DNA of 64,000 nucleotides from Polyangiaceae bacterium (GTDB lineage: Bacteria > Myxococcota_A > Polyangia > Polyangiales > Polyangiaceae). The DNA is taken from assembly GCA_050287085.1 (NCBI GenBank), contig JBNKBE010000014.1:1-64000 (forward strand). Direction: 5' to 3'. Shown here in pieces: positions 50,081 through 58,526 of the stretch. Each line of letters begins with the position of its first letter. The stretch's first letter is position 1. The translations under genes and the position numbers were made by a program. The notes under the pieces were generated by a model. That model worked only from the letters and a program-made list of their open reading frames with translations. It ran no database searches and was not told where the DNA came from.

Positions 50081-50803
50081 ATGTCGGGGTCCAGGCCCCT
50101 GCAGGACTCACTTCCATCAACGACGCCAGGCTTTGTGCGTCAGGCACTGCTGGTGTTGAGCAAAGATCTTCGGATCGAGCTGAGAACCGGTGAAATTGTT
50201 GTTACCGGTGGCTTCTTTGCGGTGCTGGTCACCGTGATGGCGTCGTTGTCCTTCTTCTCGGGGCCACACACGCGCAACCAGGTGGCCGCGGGCGTCATCT
50301 GGCTGTCTACGGCCTTCGCGGCTGTACTATCGCTGAGTAGAACATGGCAGCGTGAAAGAGACGAAGGCGCCCTCGACGGGATGCTCGTTTCGCCGCTGCG
50401 ACCAAGTGCGTTCTTCCTGGGCAAGGCACTGGGCGTGCTGTGTTTCCTCTTCATCATCGAGCTGCTCGTCGTCCCCTGTTGCACGCTCTTCTTTTCGCTG
50501 GACCTCTCGGTTCATCTGGGTGGGCTCAGCCTGATCGCGCTGGCGGCGACGCCGGGGGTTGCCGCCTCCGGGACATTGTTCGGGGTAATGACCGTCCGTA
50601 CCGGCGCACGCGACCTGGTCTTGTCCGTGGTCCTCTTCCCGCTGCTGGCCCCCACGCTCCTTGCAGCGGTGGTGGCAACTCGCGAATTGTTGGCAGGTGT
50701 GCCCCTCGCTGAGCTTGGAGACTACCTGGCCATCATGACGCTATTCGACGCTCTATTCATCGCCGGCGGGCTGACTCTCTTCGGCAATCTGGCAGAGCAG
50801 TAG
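50081..50803 (+). CDS. ccmB: Heme exporter membrane subunit CcmB
   Basis: KDLRIELR, GVIWL, ERDEGALDGML, FLGK, LFPLLAP. Confidence 0.92.
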   Translation: MSGSRPLQDSLPSTTPGFVRQALLVLSKDLRIELRTGEIVVTGGFFAVLVTVMASLSFFSGPHTRNQVAAGVIWLSTAFAAVLSLSRTWQRERDEGALDGMLVSPLRPSAFFLGKALGVLCFLFIIELLVVPCCTLFFSLDLSVHLGGLSLIALAATPGVAASGTLFGVMTVRTGARDLVLSVVLFPLLAPTLLAAVVATRELLAGVPLAELGDYLAIMTLFDALFIAGGLTLFGNLAEQ

Positions 50804-50876
50804 TCGGGCAGATGCCCTTCCGACGAAGCGGAGGTTGATGTTGTCGAAGTGGGGTGCATTTCGGTAGGGTCCGCGA

Positions 50877-51509
50877 GTGCGCATAGGGCTTCTTGGAAGT
50901 GCAGACGGCAACGAATCATGCCTCCGCGACCTGTGCACCCTCATGTTGTTCGAGCTGGAGGTCGACTGGCTCTTTCAAGTGTCTGAGGCGCCGACCTTGG
51001 CCAGCGAGAAGCATGCGCTCAAGCTTGAACTTGCCGCCGAGTGCATCACGCCCGAGCTTTCTGATCGCTGGAACCAGAAAGGCACGTTGTGGTGGCAGTC
51101 CTTGTCCTGCGCCAAAGGTTCGCCGTCTGAGATTGAGCATTTCGTGGCGCGCGAGCGCCGACGTCGCGCGATCGAATGCATGCGCGTCGAGCGCAACCTC
51201 GACGAGCGCGTCCAGTTGCCCAGCGCCGGCGATCTGCTGGTCCTCGCCGCAGGAACATCCCCCCCGAAGGGCGATGCACAAACTCGGATCACGGTCTTCG
51301 ACGGCTGGGGTGAGCCCGTTGTGCGCCAGCGAGGACAAGGCTTCCTACTCAACCCGGGTGACCTGGACCACGGCGGCGCCATGCTCATTCACGACACATC
51401 TCGCCACCTGACGCTCACCCTCTTCGACCGGAAAGCAGACCTTGTCGAGCAGCACAGGTTGATTAGCTACAACGGGGCTCACAGTCCGTCTCCCCGCGTC
51501 AGACAATGA
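50877..51509 (+). CDS. Degenerate metallophosphoesterase-like protein
   Basis: MRIGLLG N-terminus and LLNPGD C-terminus, but no DxH/GD/GNH ligands. Confidence 0.5.
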   Translation: MRIGLLGSADGNESCLRDLCTLMLFELEVDWLFQVSEAPTLASEKHALKLELAAECITPELSDRWNQKGTLWWQSLSCAKGSPSEIEHFVARERRRRAIECMRVERNLDERVQLPSAGDLLVLAAGTSPPKGDAQTRITVFDGWGEPVVRQRGQGFLLNPGDLDHGGAMLIHDTSRHLTLTLFDRKADLVEQHRLISYNGAHSPSPRVRQ

Positions 51510-51564
51510 CCCACTAACGCTTTTCGCCCCTTTCGCATGGCGCGATTCCGACTACAACGGTGGG

Positions 51565-52413
51565 GTGTCAATTCTGAGTCATCGTGTAGTGGTCATTACC
51601 GGCGCCGCTGGCGACATCGGGCAGGCAACCGCACGCCTGCTCGCCTCTCTCGGCGCGACGCTCATCCTCAACGACACCTGTGTAAGTCCAGACGGAGCTC
51701 CGGAGGACTCACCGGCTCGATTGAGCGAACTCGCCAGCGGTCTAGAGGCGAGCGGCTCTACCATACTCGCTTCGCACGCCGATGCAGCGTCCGGCGCGGA
51801 GATGGAGTCGCTCGCAAACAGCGCAGTCGATCGTTTTGGACACCTGGACGCGTGGATCAATTGCGCCGGCGTGGTGCGCGACGCCGCCTTGTTAAAGCTC
51901 ACTGACGCCGACTTCGAGGCGTCCTTGCGAGCTAACCTGTGGACGGCGTTTGCCGGAACCCGTGCAGCGGGCAAGGTAATGGTCAAGCAGGAGCAGGGCG
52001 GCAGTATAATAAACAGCACTAGCCTCGCGGGGCTACGCGGTAACCTTGGACAGTCCAGCTACGCCACGGCAACCGCCGGTGTTGTGGGCCTGACGCGAAC
52101 GGCGTCCATCGAGTTGCAACGCTACCGCGTGCGCGTGAACTGCGTGGCCGCGCTAGCAAAAACTCGAATGACGCGTACCCTACCCATTTTCGAGCACGTC
52201 GATTCCATGAGACCGGAGCATGTCGCGCCCTTGCACGCGTATCTCGCCTCTCCGCTTGCGCAGGAGCAAAACGGCGTCGTGTTCTCCATAGCGGGAGGAC
52301 GGGTCAGTACGTTTCAGCTGGAGGAAAGCACCGGGCACTACAAAGAGACCGACGGCGGGCTCTGGAGCGTCGACGAGCTGGCGGGCTTGCTCAGCGGCTC
52401 CACCAGTCGCTAG
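51565..52413 (+). CDS. SDR-family oxidoreductase (non-canonical active site)
   Basis: TGAAGDIG, NCAGVVRD, GNLGQSSYATAT, VRVN. Confidence 0.88.
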   Translation: MSILSHRVVVITGAAGDIGQATARLLASLGATLILNDTCVSPDGAPEDSPARLSELASGLEASGSTILASHADAASGAEMESLANSAVDRFGHLDAWINCAGVVRDAALLKLTDADFEASLRANLWTAFAGTRAAGKVMVKQEQGGSIINSTSLAGLRGNLGQSSYATATAGVVGLTRTASIELQRYRVRVNCVAALAKTRMTRTLPIFEHVDSMRPEHVAPLHAYLASPLAQEQNGVVFSIAGGRVSTFQLEESTGHYKETDGGLWSVDELAGLLSGSTSR

Positions 52414-52681
52414 GACGCGCCGGCGCCCGGCTTTCGAGTCGGTACTGCGCTAAGACCTTGGAGATACCAACTCCCTCCCGGCGTAGCCCGCCGTTCGCAG
52501 TCGTCGTGCTCGGGCAGCTCATTGCTGCCTCGGGGGGCGGGTGTTAGCTTTAGGGTGCGCTATTGTCCCCAAGTGCCAGCTACGCGACTAGCGCCCCGCC
52601 ACACCCGACCTGACTCTCGGCCCATCCAGCAACGAACGCGCCGGCGGTTCACGACTTCGCCCACTTCTCTCCTCGGTTCCC

Positions 52682-54403
52682 ATGGCCCGCGACGCAAACA
52701 TCCCCATCTTCCTCTGGGTCGCGACGGCAGCTTTGCTCCACATCCTTTCAGGTGAAGGCGCAGACGAAGCCGCCGGGGTGTTGGAGGAGCAAGCGACCCT
52801 CCGCAGCTTCGTCCAATCGGTGAGAGAGCACCTCAGCGGGGACACCCAGGCGGTCGAGGTACTGCTGCTCAGCGACGCGGCCGAACTCGAAGCCTTCGAG
52901 AAGCCGAGCGATCGCCAAAATCCGGACAACGTCGAGACTCCAGATGACTCAGCGGAGGAGGAGAAGGCGGTGGTCCCGCCGGAGACCCAGCCCCCCACAA
53001 GCCCCGCCCGACCAAGCCCCAGCACTGCGCCCGCGGTGGCCCCCGAAAAGCCGACCCCAATAGAGGCCAAGCCACTCGAGACGAAACCCGCTGAAACCAA
53101 GCCGCTTGAGCCCTTGGACCTGCGCGGGCGGATCTCAGTCAAACAACACGTCGCGGACACCGAGCAGGAGGACAATCCGAACGCCGAGTTCCTCGCCGAG
53201 CACGCGAACCGTGTGGCAGAGGAGACCCAAGCACGCATCACCTCAAACGATCAGAACGATCCGTCTCCGACGCCTGGCACCAACTTCGCGGGCCCCAGCG
53301 ATGATCCCGGAAACGCCGCTGTCACCGACGTCGCCGACAGCCGAGACACCCCGGGAGATCCAGACGAAGCCCCGGGCGGAGAAGGCGGCAACTCGGATGG
53401 ACAACCTGCACAGGTCGCCCAATCGGCAAGAGCGGCCCATGAAGGAGGCGAAGCCCCGCCCGGAGTCGCGGCGACGCCATCGGTCGCAGCCGCACAGGAA
53501 GCGAAAGCCGAACGGCAAGCTCAGCAGGAGACAAAAGAGCAGCTCGAAACGAGCGAAAAGCTTAGCGCGACAGACAGCCAGTGGTTCCTGCGGGAGTCGG
53601 CAAAACGCGTGGAAGCACAAGCCAGACAGACCCGACAAAGGGGGCAGGCCGCGCGACAGGGCGCGCGACACGGTAGCGCTCTCGGGCGCTTGGGAACGCT
53701 GGGAGCAACGCAAGGCGGACTCAATCTGGACCTCAATGCGGGGCAGGCATTCGCGGCGATTGGCGCGTCCAAGTTGCAACAAGAGCGACTCGCCGATGGC
53801 GAACGTCGGAAGTCAAAGCACCGCGGAAGCTTTCGGACTCATGGTCTGGAACGCTGGCGCAGCGCTCTCGAGAACTACGTAGCCCAGGTGAAGCCCGGCA
53901 ACCAAACCGCTCTGAACACCGCCAGAAGCCCATTTGCGAACTACATCCACGATATTCATAGTCGACTACACCCGCAATTTGCCGTCCGCACTCTCTCGCA
54001 GCTCGACCAATTGCCCGCCAGCCACCCGATGAACCGCCCCGATCTCCACACCGTGCTCGAGATCATCCTAGACGGTCAGAGCGGGCGTATTGTACGCATG
54101 GGTGTATTGCGTTCGAGCGGGCTTACAGCGTTTGATATCGAACCGCTCGAGGCCATGTCGCGTGCCGCGCCCTTTGGTCCCGCCCCTGCAAGCATCATCT
54201 CGCCGGACGGCAATGTGTACTTGCACTGGGGTTTCTCGCGCAACCCGAGCGCCTGTGCGACTTACTTCGCAGAACCCTACCTCCTAGGGCGCGAGACGAC
54301 CATCGCCGCACCGACGGGCAGCGCACCAGCGCCGCTCGCACCAGAGTCGCCGGGGCCCGCACCCACCCCCAAACAGGAAGCGCCCGCTAACCCGACACCA
54401 TGA
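52682..54403 (+). CDS. TonB-like protein: N-terminal TM, acidic/Pro-rich spacer, TonB C-terminal-like domain
   Basis: ALLHIL TM His, EKP/ETKP repeats, RSSGLTAFD...RAAPFGPAP. Confidence 0.75.
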   Translation: MARDANIPIFLWVATAALLHILSGEGADEAAGVLEEQATLRSFVQSVREHLSGDTQAVEVLLLSDAAELEAFEKPSDRQNPDNVETPDDSAEEEKAVVPPETQPPTSPARPSPSTAPAVAPEKPTPIEAKPLETKPAETKPLEPLDLRGRISVKQHVADTEQEDNPNAEFLAEHANRVAEETQARITSNDQNDPSPTPGTNFAGPSDDPGNAAVTDVADSRDTPGDPDEAPGGEGGNSDGQPAQVAQSARAAHEGGEAPPGVAATPSVAAAQEAKAERQAQQETKEQLETSEKLSATDSQWFLRESAKRVEAQARQTRQRGQAARQGARHGSALGRLGTLGATQGGLNLDLNAGQAFAAIGASKLQQERLADGERRKSKHRGSFRTHGLERWRSALENYVAQVKPGNQTALNTARSPFANYIHDIHSRLHPQFAVRTLSQLDQLPASHPMNRPDLHTVLEIILDGQSGRIVRMGVLRSSGLTAFDIEPLEAMSRAAPFGPAPASIISPDGNVYLHWGFSRNPSACATYFAEPYLLGRETTIAAPTGSAPAPLAPESPGPAPTPKQEAPANPTP

Positions 54404-55425
54404 CAAGTGCACGTGATCCGGAGACATCCGAGTCAGAGTCAAAGGAGGCACACACTCCGGATGCGCCTCCCGGCATGTTGGGCGTCGTCGCAGCGCTCGC
54501 TTATGTTCTGGGCCAAGGGATAGCACCCGCCCTACCGGGGGCCGGGGTAGGATTTGGACCGTGGATCGACGGCGCCCACCATCTGGCTGCCGTCTTCACG
54601 CAACTGGCAGCACTGCTGCTGTGTGTCTATGGGAGTCGTCGACTCGCATTGCTCAGATTTGGGAAAAACCGGCGCGCCATCTCGCTATTGACCGGCGCAA
54701 GTTTCTTGTGCGCTGGCGCAGCGACCATGGTTGCCGCCTCCGGAGGCATCCCACTGAGCCCGGGGTGGTTGTGCGCGCTTTCGCTAGTATCAGCAGGGGG
54801 CTCGGTCGTCGCAGCGATCGTCGCAGGACGCACGCCAACGCTACGCGCACCCGCGTTGATTGTACAAACAACCGCGGTTGCAGGTGGGTTGTATTCACTT
54901 GGACGTTATTGGGGCGCCCTCAGCGGGGCCGATGCCGATCTGGAAGGCTACATCCTGGCGCGTGGGATATCCACGGGCGCTTGGCTCTTGGAGCTGCTGG
55001 CGTATGTACTGGTGGCCTTGTGGGTCGCGGCAAGAGGACGACGCACAGCGGCCTTCGCCGCCGCAACGGTACTGTTGGGTGCTACCTCCGCCGCCCTGTC
55101 GAATATCGAAAGCAAGAGCGAGCCGATCGTGCTGCTCCAGCGCATAGCACAGCAGTTCTCGATCGCCCCTGCGCCCATAGCGCCGGAGCTGCTGCAGGCG
55201 CTTTCCGGTCTCGTCCCACTGGTGCTCTGCATCCTGGTGGCGGTAGGTAAACGACCCAGCAGCGAGCTACGCTTGGTCGTAGTCCTCGCGTTGATCTCGA
55301 GAGCGCGCCTCGATACCCCGCTGGGAGCCCTCATGCACATCAGTGCGGCGCTGTGGCTGATCACCTCCTACTTTCAAGGTCCAGCGGGGGCTCCTCCCTC
55401 TCACTCCCTGCGCAACCTTGGTTGA
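54400..55425 (+). CDS. Hypothetical polytopic membrane protein
   Basis: About 9-10 hydrophobic segments; ATGA overlap with the upstream gene. Confidence 0.7.
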   Translation: MTSARDPETSESESKEAHTPDAPPGMLGVVAALAYVLGQGIAPALPGAGVGFGPWIDGAHHLAAVFTQLAALLLCVYGSRRLALLRFGKNRRAISLLTGASFLCAGAATMVAASGGIPLSPGWLCALSLVSAGGSVVAAIVAGRTPTLRAPALIVQTTAVAGGLYSLGRYWGALSGADADLEGYILARGISTGAWLLELLAYVLVALWVAARGRRTAAFAAATVLLGATSAALSNIESKSEPIVLLQRIAQQFSIAPAPIAPELLQALSGLVPLVLCILVAVGKRPSSELRLVVVLALISRARLDTPLGALMHISAALWLITSYFQGPAGAPPSHSLRNLG

Positions 55426-55477
55426 TAGCCGGTTCAGAACTCCGCCGGTGTAGTCTGACTTTGCCGTTCGAGGGCCT

Positions 55478-56383
55478 TCAGGGAGCGCTCAGCGCGAGCG
55501 CTACAAAGAGCAATACCAGGTGTGGCATCGTCAGAAAGAATGTCTTTCGACCCCACGCCGGGATGTCTTCGGGCGCGACGCGCGCCCCAAGAACCCACAC
55601 CAAGAACGCAACGCCACTTGCAATCGCCACAGTCAAGTAGGCCACGCCCCCTAGGCCAACCAATGGTGGCAACAAGGTGGCAAGGACAAGCAACACTGAG
55701 GACAAGCGCAATTCAACCAGGGTCCGGCGCATGCCCTTGACAACCGGCAGCACCCTGAGCCCGGCCCGCCTATACTCCTCGGCGCGAAATAGCGTAATCG
55801 CCAAGAAGTGCGGGATCTGCCAAACGAACAGTATCAGGAACACAGCCCACGCCGCCGGTTCGAGTGTACCGCGCAACCCCGCATAACCCAGCAGAGGAGG
55901 GATAGCTCCGGGCAAAGCGCCGATGTGCAGCGCGATGGGCGAAACAGCCTTCATGGGCGTGTACACGAGCACATAGCTAACGATAGCCAACATCGCTAGC
56001 TCACCGGCTAGCGGGTTAACAAACATCCCCAGCAACAACACGCCCGCGGCGCCCAGGGAGAGTCCAAATGCCAACGCTATTCCGTGCGAGATGAGGCCAG
56101 CCGGCAACGGGCGGCCTTTCGTACGCGTCATGAGCGCGTCAACGTCGCTCTCAAGGTACATGTTCAGGGCGTTGGCGCACCCTACAACTAGCACCGTGCC
56201 CACCACCGTGAACAACAAGGGCCACAAGCGAAGCGCCCCCGGAGCCATCGCAGCCCCCAACGCCGTCGTGGCCACTACCAAACGCGTTACCCCAGGTTTG
56301 GTGAGGTGCATGAGCGCCCACAACCCCTCACGCACAGATGGGGTCGCGACGGGAGAAGCGAGTCGATGAGCCTCGGTATTCAT
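55478..56383 (-). CDS. ctaB: Protoheme IX farnesyltransferase (heme O synthase)
   Basis: LTKPG, NMYLESDVDALMTRTKGRPLPAG, YTPMK, WQIPHFLAI. Confidence 0.96.
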   Translation of the reverse strand: MNTEAHRLASPVATPSVREGLWALMHLTKPGVTRLVVATTALGAAMAPGALRLWPLLFTVVGTVLVVGCANALNMYLESDVDALMTRTKGRPLPAGLISHGIALAFGLSLGAAGVLLLGMFVNPLAGELAMLAIVSYVLVYTPMKAVSPIALHIGALPGAIPPLLGYAGLRGTLEPAAWAVFLILFVWQIPHFLAITLFRAEEYRRAGLRVLPVVKGMRRTLVELRLSSVLLVLATLLPPLVGLGGVAYLTVAIASGVAFLVWVLGARVAPEDIPAWGRKTFFLTMPHLVLLFVALALSAP

Positions 56384-56556
56384 GACGGAAACACGCGAAC
56401 TAGACGGATACGCCCCTGATAGCAACGACCGAGAGGAAGCTGGCGACGGCGAACGTCGATGCGGACCCGCCGCTGCTTTCAGAATGGACTCGGACCGAAC
56501 AATAGGCCAACAATAATCGTTCCGCCTCCGAGGGCCCCCCGTGGCACATCTCCACC

Positions 56557-56931
56557 ATGAACTGGCGATTCCTGGCAGGTCTTTATGGACTGAGCGCGAT
56601 AGGTTTCGGGGCGTTTGGTGCTCACGCCTTGCGCGAACGACTCTCCCCGGAAATGATGGCGGCCTATCAGACTGGCGCCCACTATCACTTGGTGCACGCC
56701 GCCGCGCTGCTGGCGCTCTCCTACGGAGCCCCCCGCGGCCGCGCTCTGTACCAGAGTTCAGCGCTGCTTGCGGCGGGGGTGCTGCTCTTCAGCGGCTCCC
56801 TCTACGCACTTGCGCTGACCTCGATTCGCGCCATCGGCGCCGTGACCCCCGTGGGCGGAGTGTTGATGCTCGCAGGCTGGAGTCACATTGCCATTTCTGC
56901 TCTGCGAAAGACCACGGCACCTCCGTCGTAG
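56557..56931 (+). CDS. DUF423 (YgdD/TMEM256) membrane protein
   Basis: GAFGAHAL, YHLVHA, LFSGSLY, TPVGG. Confidence 0.93.
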   Translation: MNWRFLAGLYGLSAIGFGAFGAHALRERLSPEMMAAYQTGAHYHLVHAAALLALSYGAPRGRALYQSSALLAAGVLLFSGSLYALALTSIRAIGAVTPVGGVLMLAGWSHIAISALRKTTAPPS

Positions 56932-57001
56932 CGAAGTCGTCGTAGCGAAAGACCGAGCGCTACGCCGTCCGGCGCAGCCCAAGCCAAGGCTCCGCGCCGA
57001 C

Positions 57002-57223
57002 TCAGGCGTGCTTGTCGGCCTTCTTTTCCTCGCCCTCCGTATCGATCGTGGGGCGTTCCGCTTTCAGCTGGTCTGGCTTGTCGTCATCGTCCCCGGCCAC
57101 CCCCTTCTTGAAGTTGCGGATGCCGTCACCCAGTCCCTTTCCGACCTCTCCGAGGCGGCTTGCACCGAAGAGCAAGATAACGATAAGGGCGATTACGAGC
57201 AATTGCATGGGGCTAGGAGTCAT
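57002..57223 (-). CDS. tatA: Twin-arginine translocase TatA/E subunit
   Basis: LLVIALIVILLFGASRLGEVGKGLGDGIRNFKKG; 73 aa. Confidence 0.95.
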   Translation of the reverse strand: MTPSPMQLLVIALIVILLFGASRLGEVGKGLGDGIRNFKKGVAGDDDDKPDQLKAERPTIDTEGEEKKADKHA

Positions 57224-57414
57224 GGTCTTACCTGTGCTCTGCCTACCACCCCGCCCGCCCAACGGCAACTCGTGCGGCACAGCAAACTGCCCCCCGAGCG
57301 GTGACGAATACGGAACGAGACCCGAGGACATCGGCCCCGTGACCCGATGAGCCCGGCTTAGAGGCAGCGATCCCGCTGGCTAAGCGTGGCCTCCGCAGTA
57401 GAGTAGGCCGGCGG

Positions 57415-58005
57415 GTGATGGCGATGCGGCGACGGACTATTGCGAGGCGGCTCTCGGCAGTGTGCGCCTTGTTGCTGACTTTGACCGCCACGTCCGCCCA
57501 CGCTGACGAGCTGCAGCCGGATGGCAAAGGCATCGTTGGAGGCAGTTTGCTCGGTGCCGAGATAGCCATCTTCGGAGAGGCCATCGCCGGCTTGGAACGC
57601 CCCTGGCTGTATTGGCTTGGAGCTGGTCTGGGCGCCGGGGCGGGCGGCTATGGCGGCTATGTACTGGACGAACAGAAAGACGCCCGGCTGTCGACGATGG
57701 CTCTTGCCCTAGGCATGGCCCTGAGCATTCCGGCATTTGTCGTCTACTTGGACGGAACCAGCGCGTCCCGCCTAGCGCTGCCGAGCGACTACGAAGGCCC
57801 CAACTGGGAACGGGAACCGCCACCACTATCCTTCGCAGCGCCGCCTCCGCTCAGCCACGGGGCCATTGAGCTGGCGCCGAATACGCTCTCCCTAGCATTT
57901 CCCGATATCGCGATAGAGCCGGTATTCACCCCAAAGGACCGGGCGCAATTCGGATTGCCTTTTCGTCAGCGTTTCGTGCTGCAGCTGCTTTGGGGCTCGT
58001 TCTGA
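57415..58005 (+). CDS. Exported hypothetical protein with glycine-zipper helices and C-terminal Phe
   Basis: Arg-rich signal peptide with AHA cleavage site, GAGLGAGAGGYGG, ends LLWGSF. Confidence 0.7.
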   Translation: MMAMRRRTIARRLSAVCALLLTLTATSAHADELQPDGKGIVGGSLLGAEIAIFGEAIAGLERPWLYWLGAGLGAGAGGYGGYVLDEQKDARLSTMALALGMALSIPAFVVYLDGTSASRLALPSDYEGPNWEREPPPLSFAAPPPLSHGAIELAPNTLSLAFPDIAIEPVFTPKDRAQFGLPFRQRFVLQLLWGSF

Positions 58006-58041
58006 GCCCCGGCTGCCTTCCAGGCCGCGTTTTGTGAAAGG

Positions 58042-58126
58042 GGTTGCAGGGTGTCCACCCGCCGCGGCGAGTGCCGACAACCTACATGTATGGCTATGGC
58101 TCCGGAGGTCGCTAAACCCTGCGACC
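58042..58126. ncRNA. Putative structured RNA element (rod-like hairpin, unassigned)
   Basis: Outer stem GGTTGCAGGGT/ACCCTGCGACC with two nested stems, inside a 520-bp intergenic region. Confidence 0.3.
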
Positions 58127-58526
58127 GGGAGCGCGCAGAAATCGCGAGCGGTCGCGCAGTTCTCTTCTAGAGTAGGACTTGTATCCTCAACCCCCGCTCG
58201 GCTAGTGCCGACGCACGCCACTCGTGAAACGTCTATCGCCACGTCCCCGAGCCGGCGCTACAGCCGTCCTCCCTACACACCCCCCCTCCCTACACAGTGG
58301 CTCGGTCACACAGCTAACGGCACCTTCATTCGAATCGCTTCTAAGGTGGCCGCCAAAGACGCCGTTACTCTAAACCGGACCCAAGTGAAATCCGCGTTTC
58401 CCCCGCCACGACAACAGCACGATAGCTGCTGGGCAATGACACCTCTTCCGAGCGGTGCCAACACCGGACTGCCAGCCGCGCGGCGCGTCTGGACTCAGAC
58501 CGAAAACGAATCGCCGAGAGTGAACC

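Noticed and set aside
56904..56954. Short direct repeats (CGTCGTAGCGAA x2, GCGAAAGACC x2) as an insertion scar
   Set aside because: Too short, with no associated element; likely local slippage at the gene end
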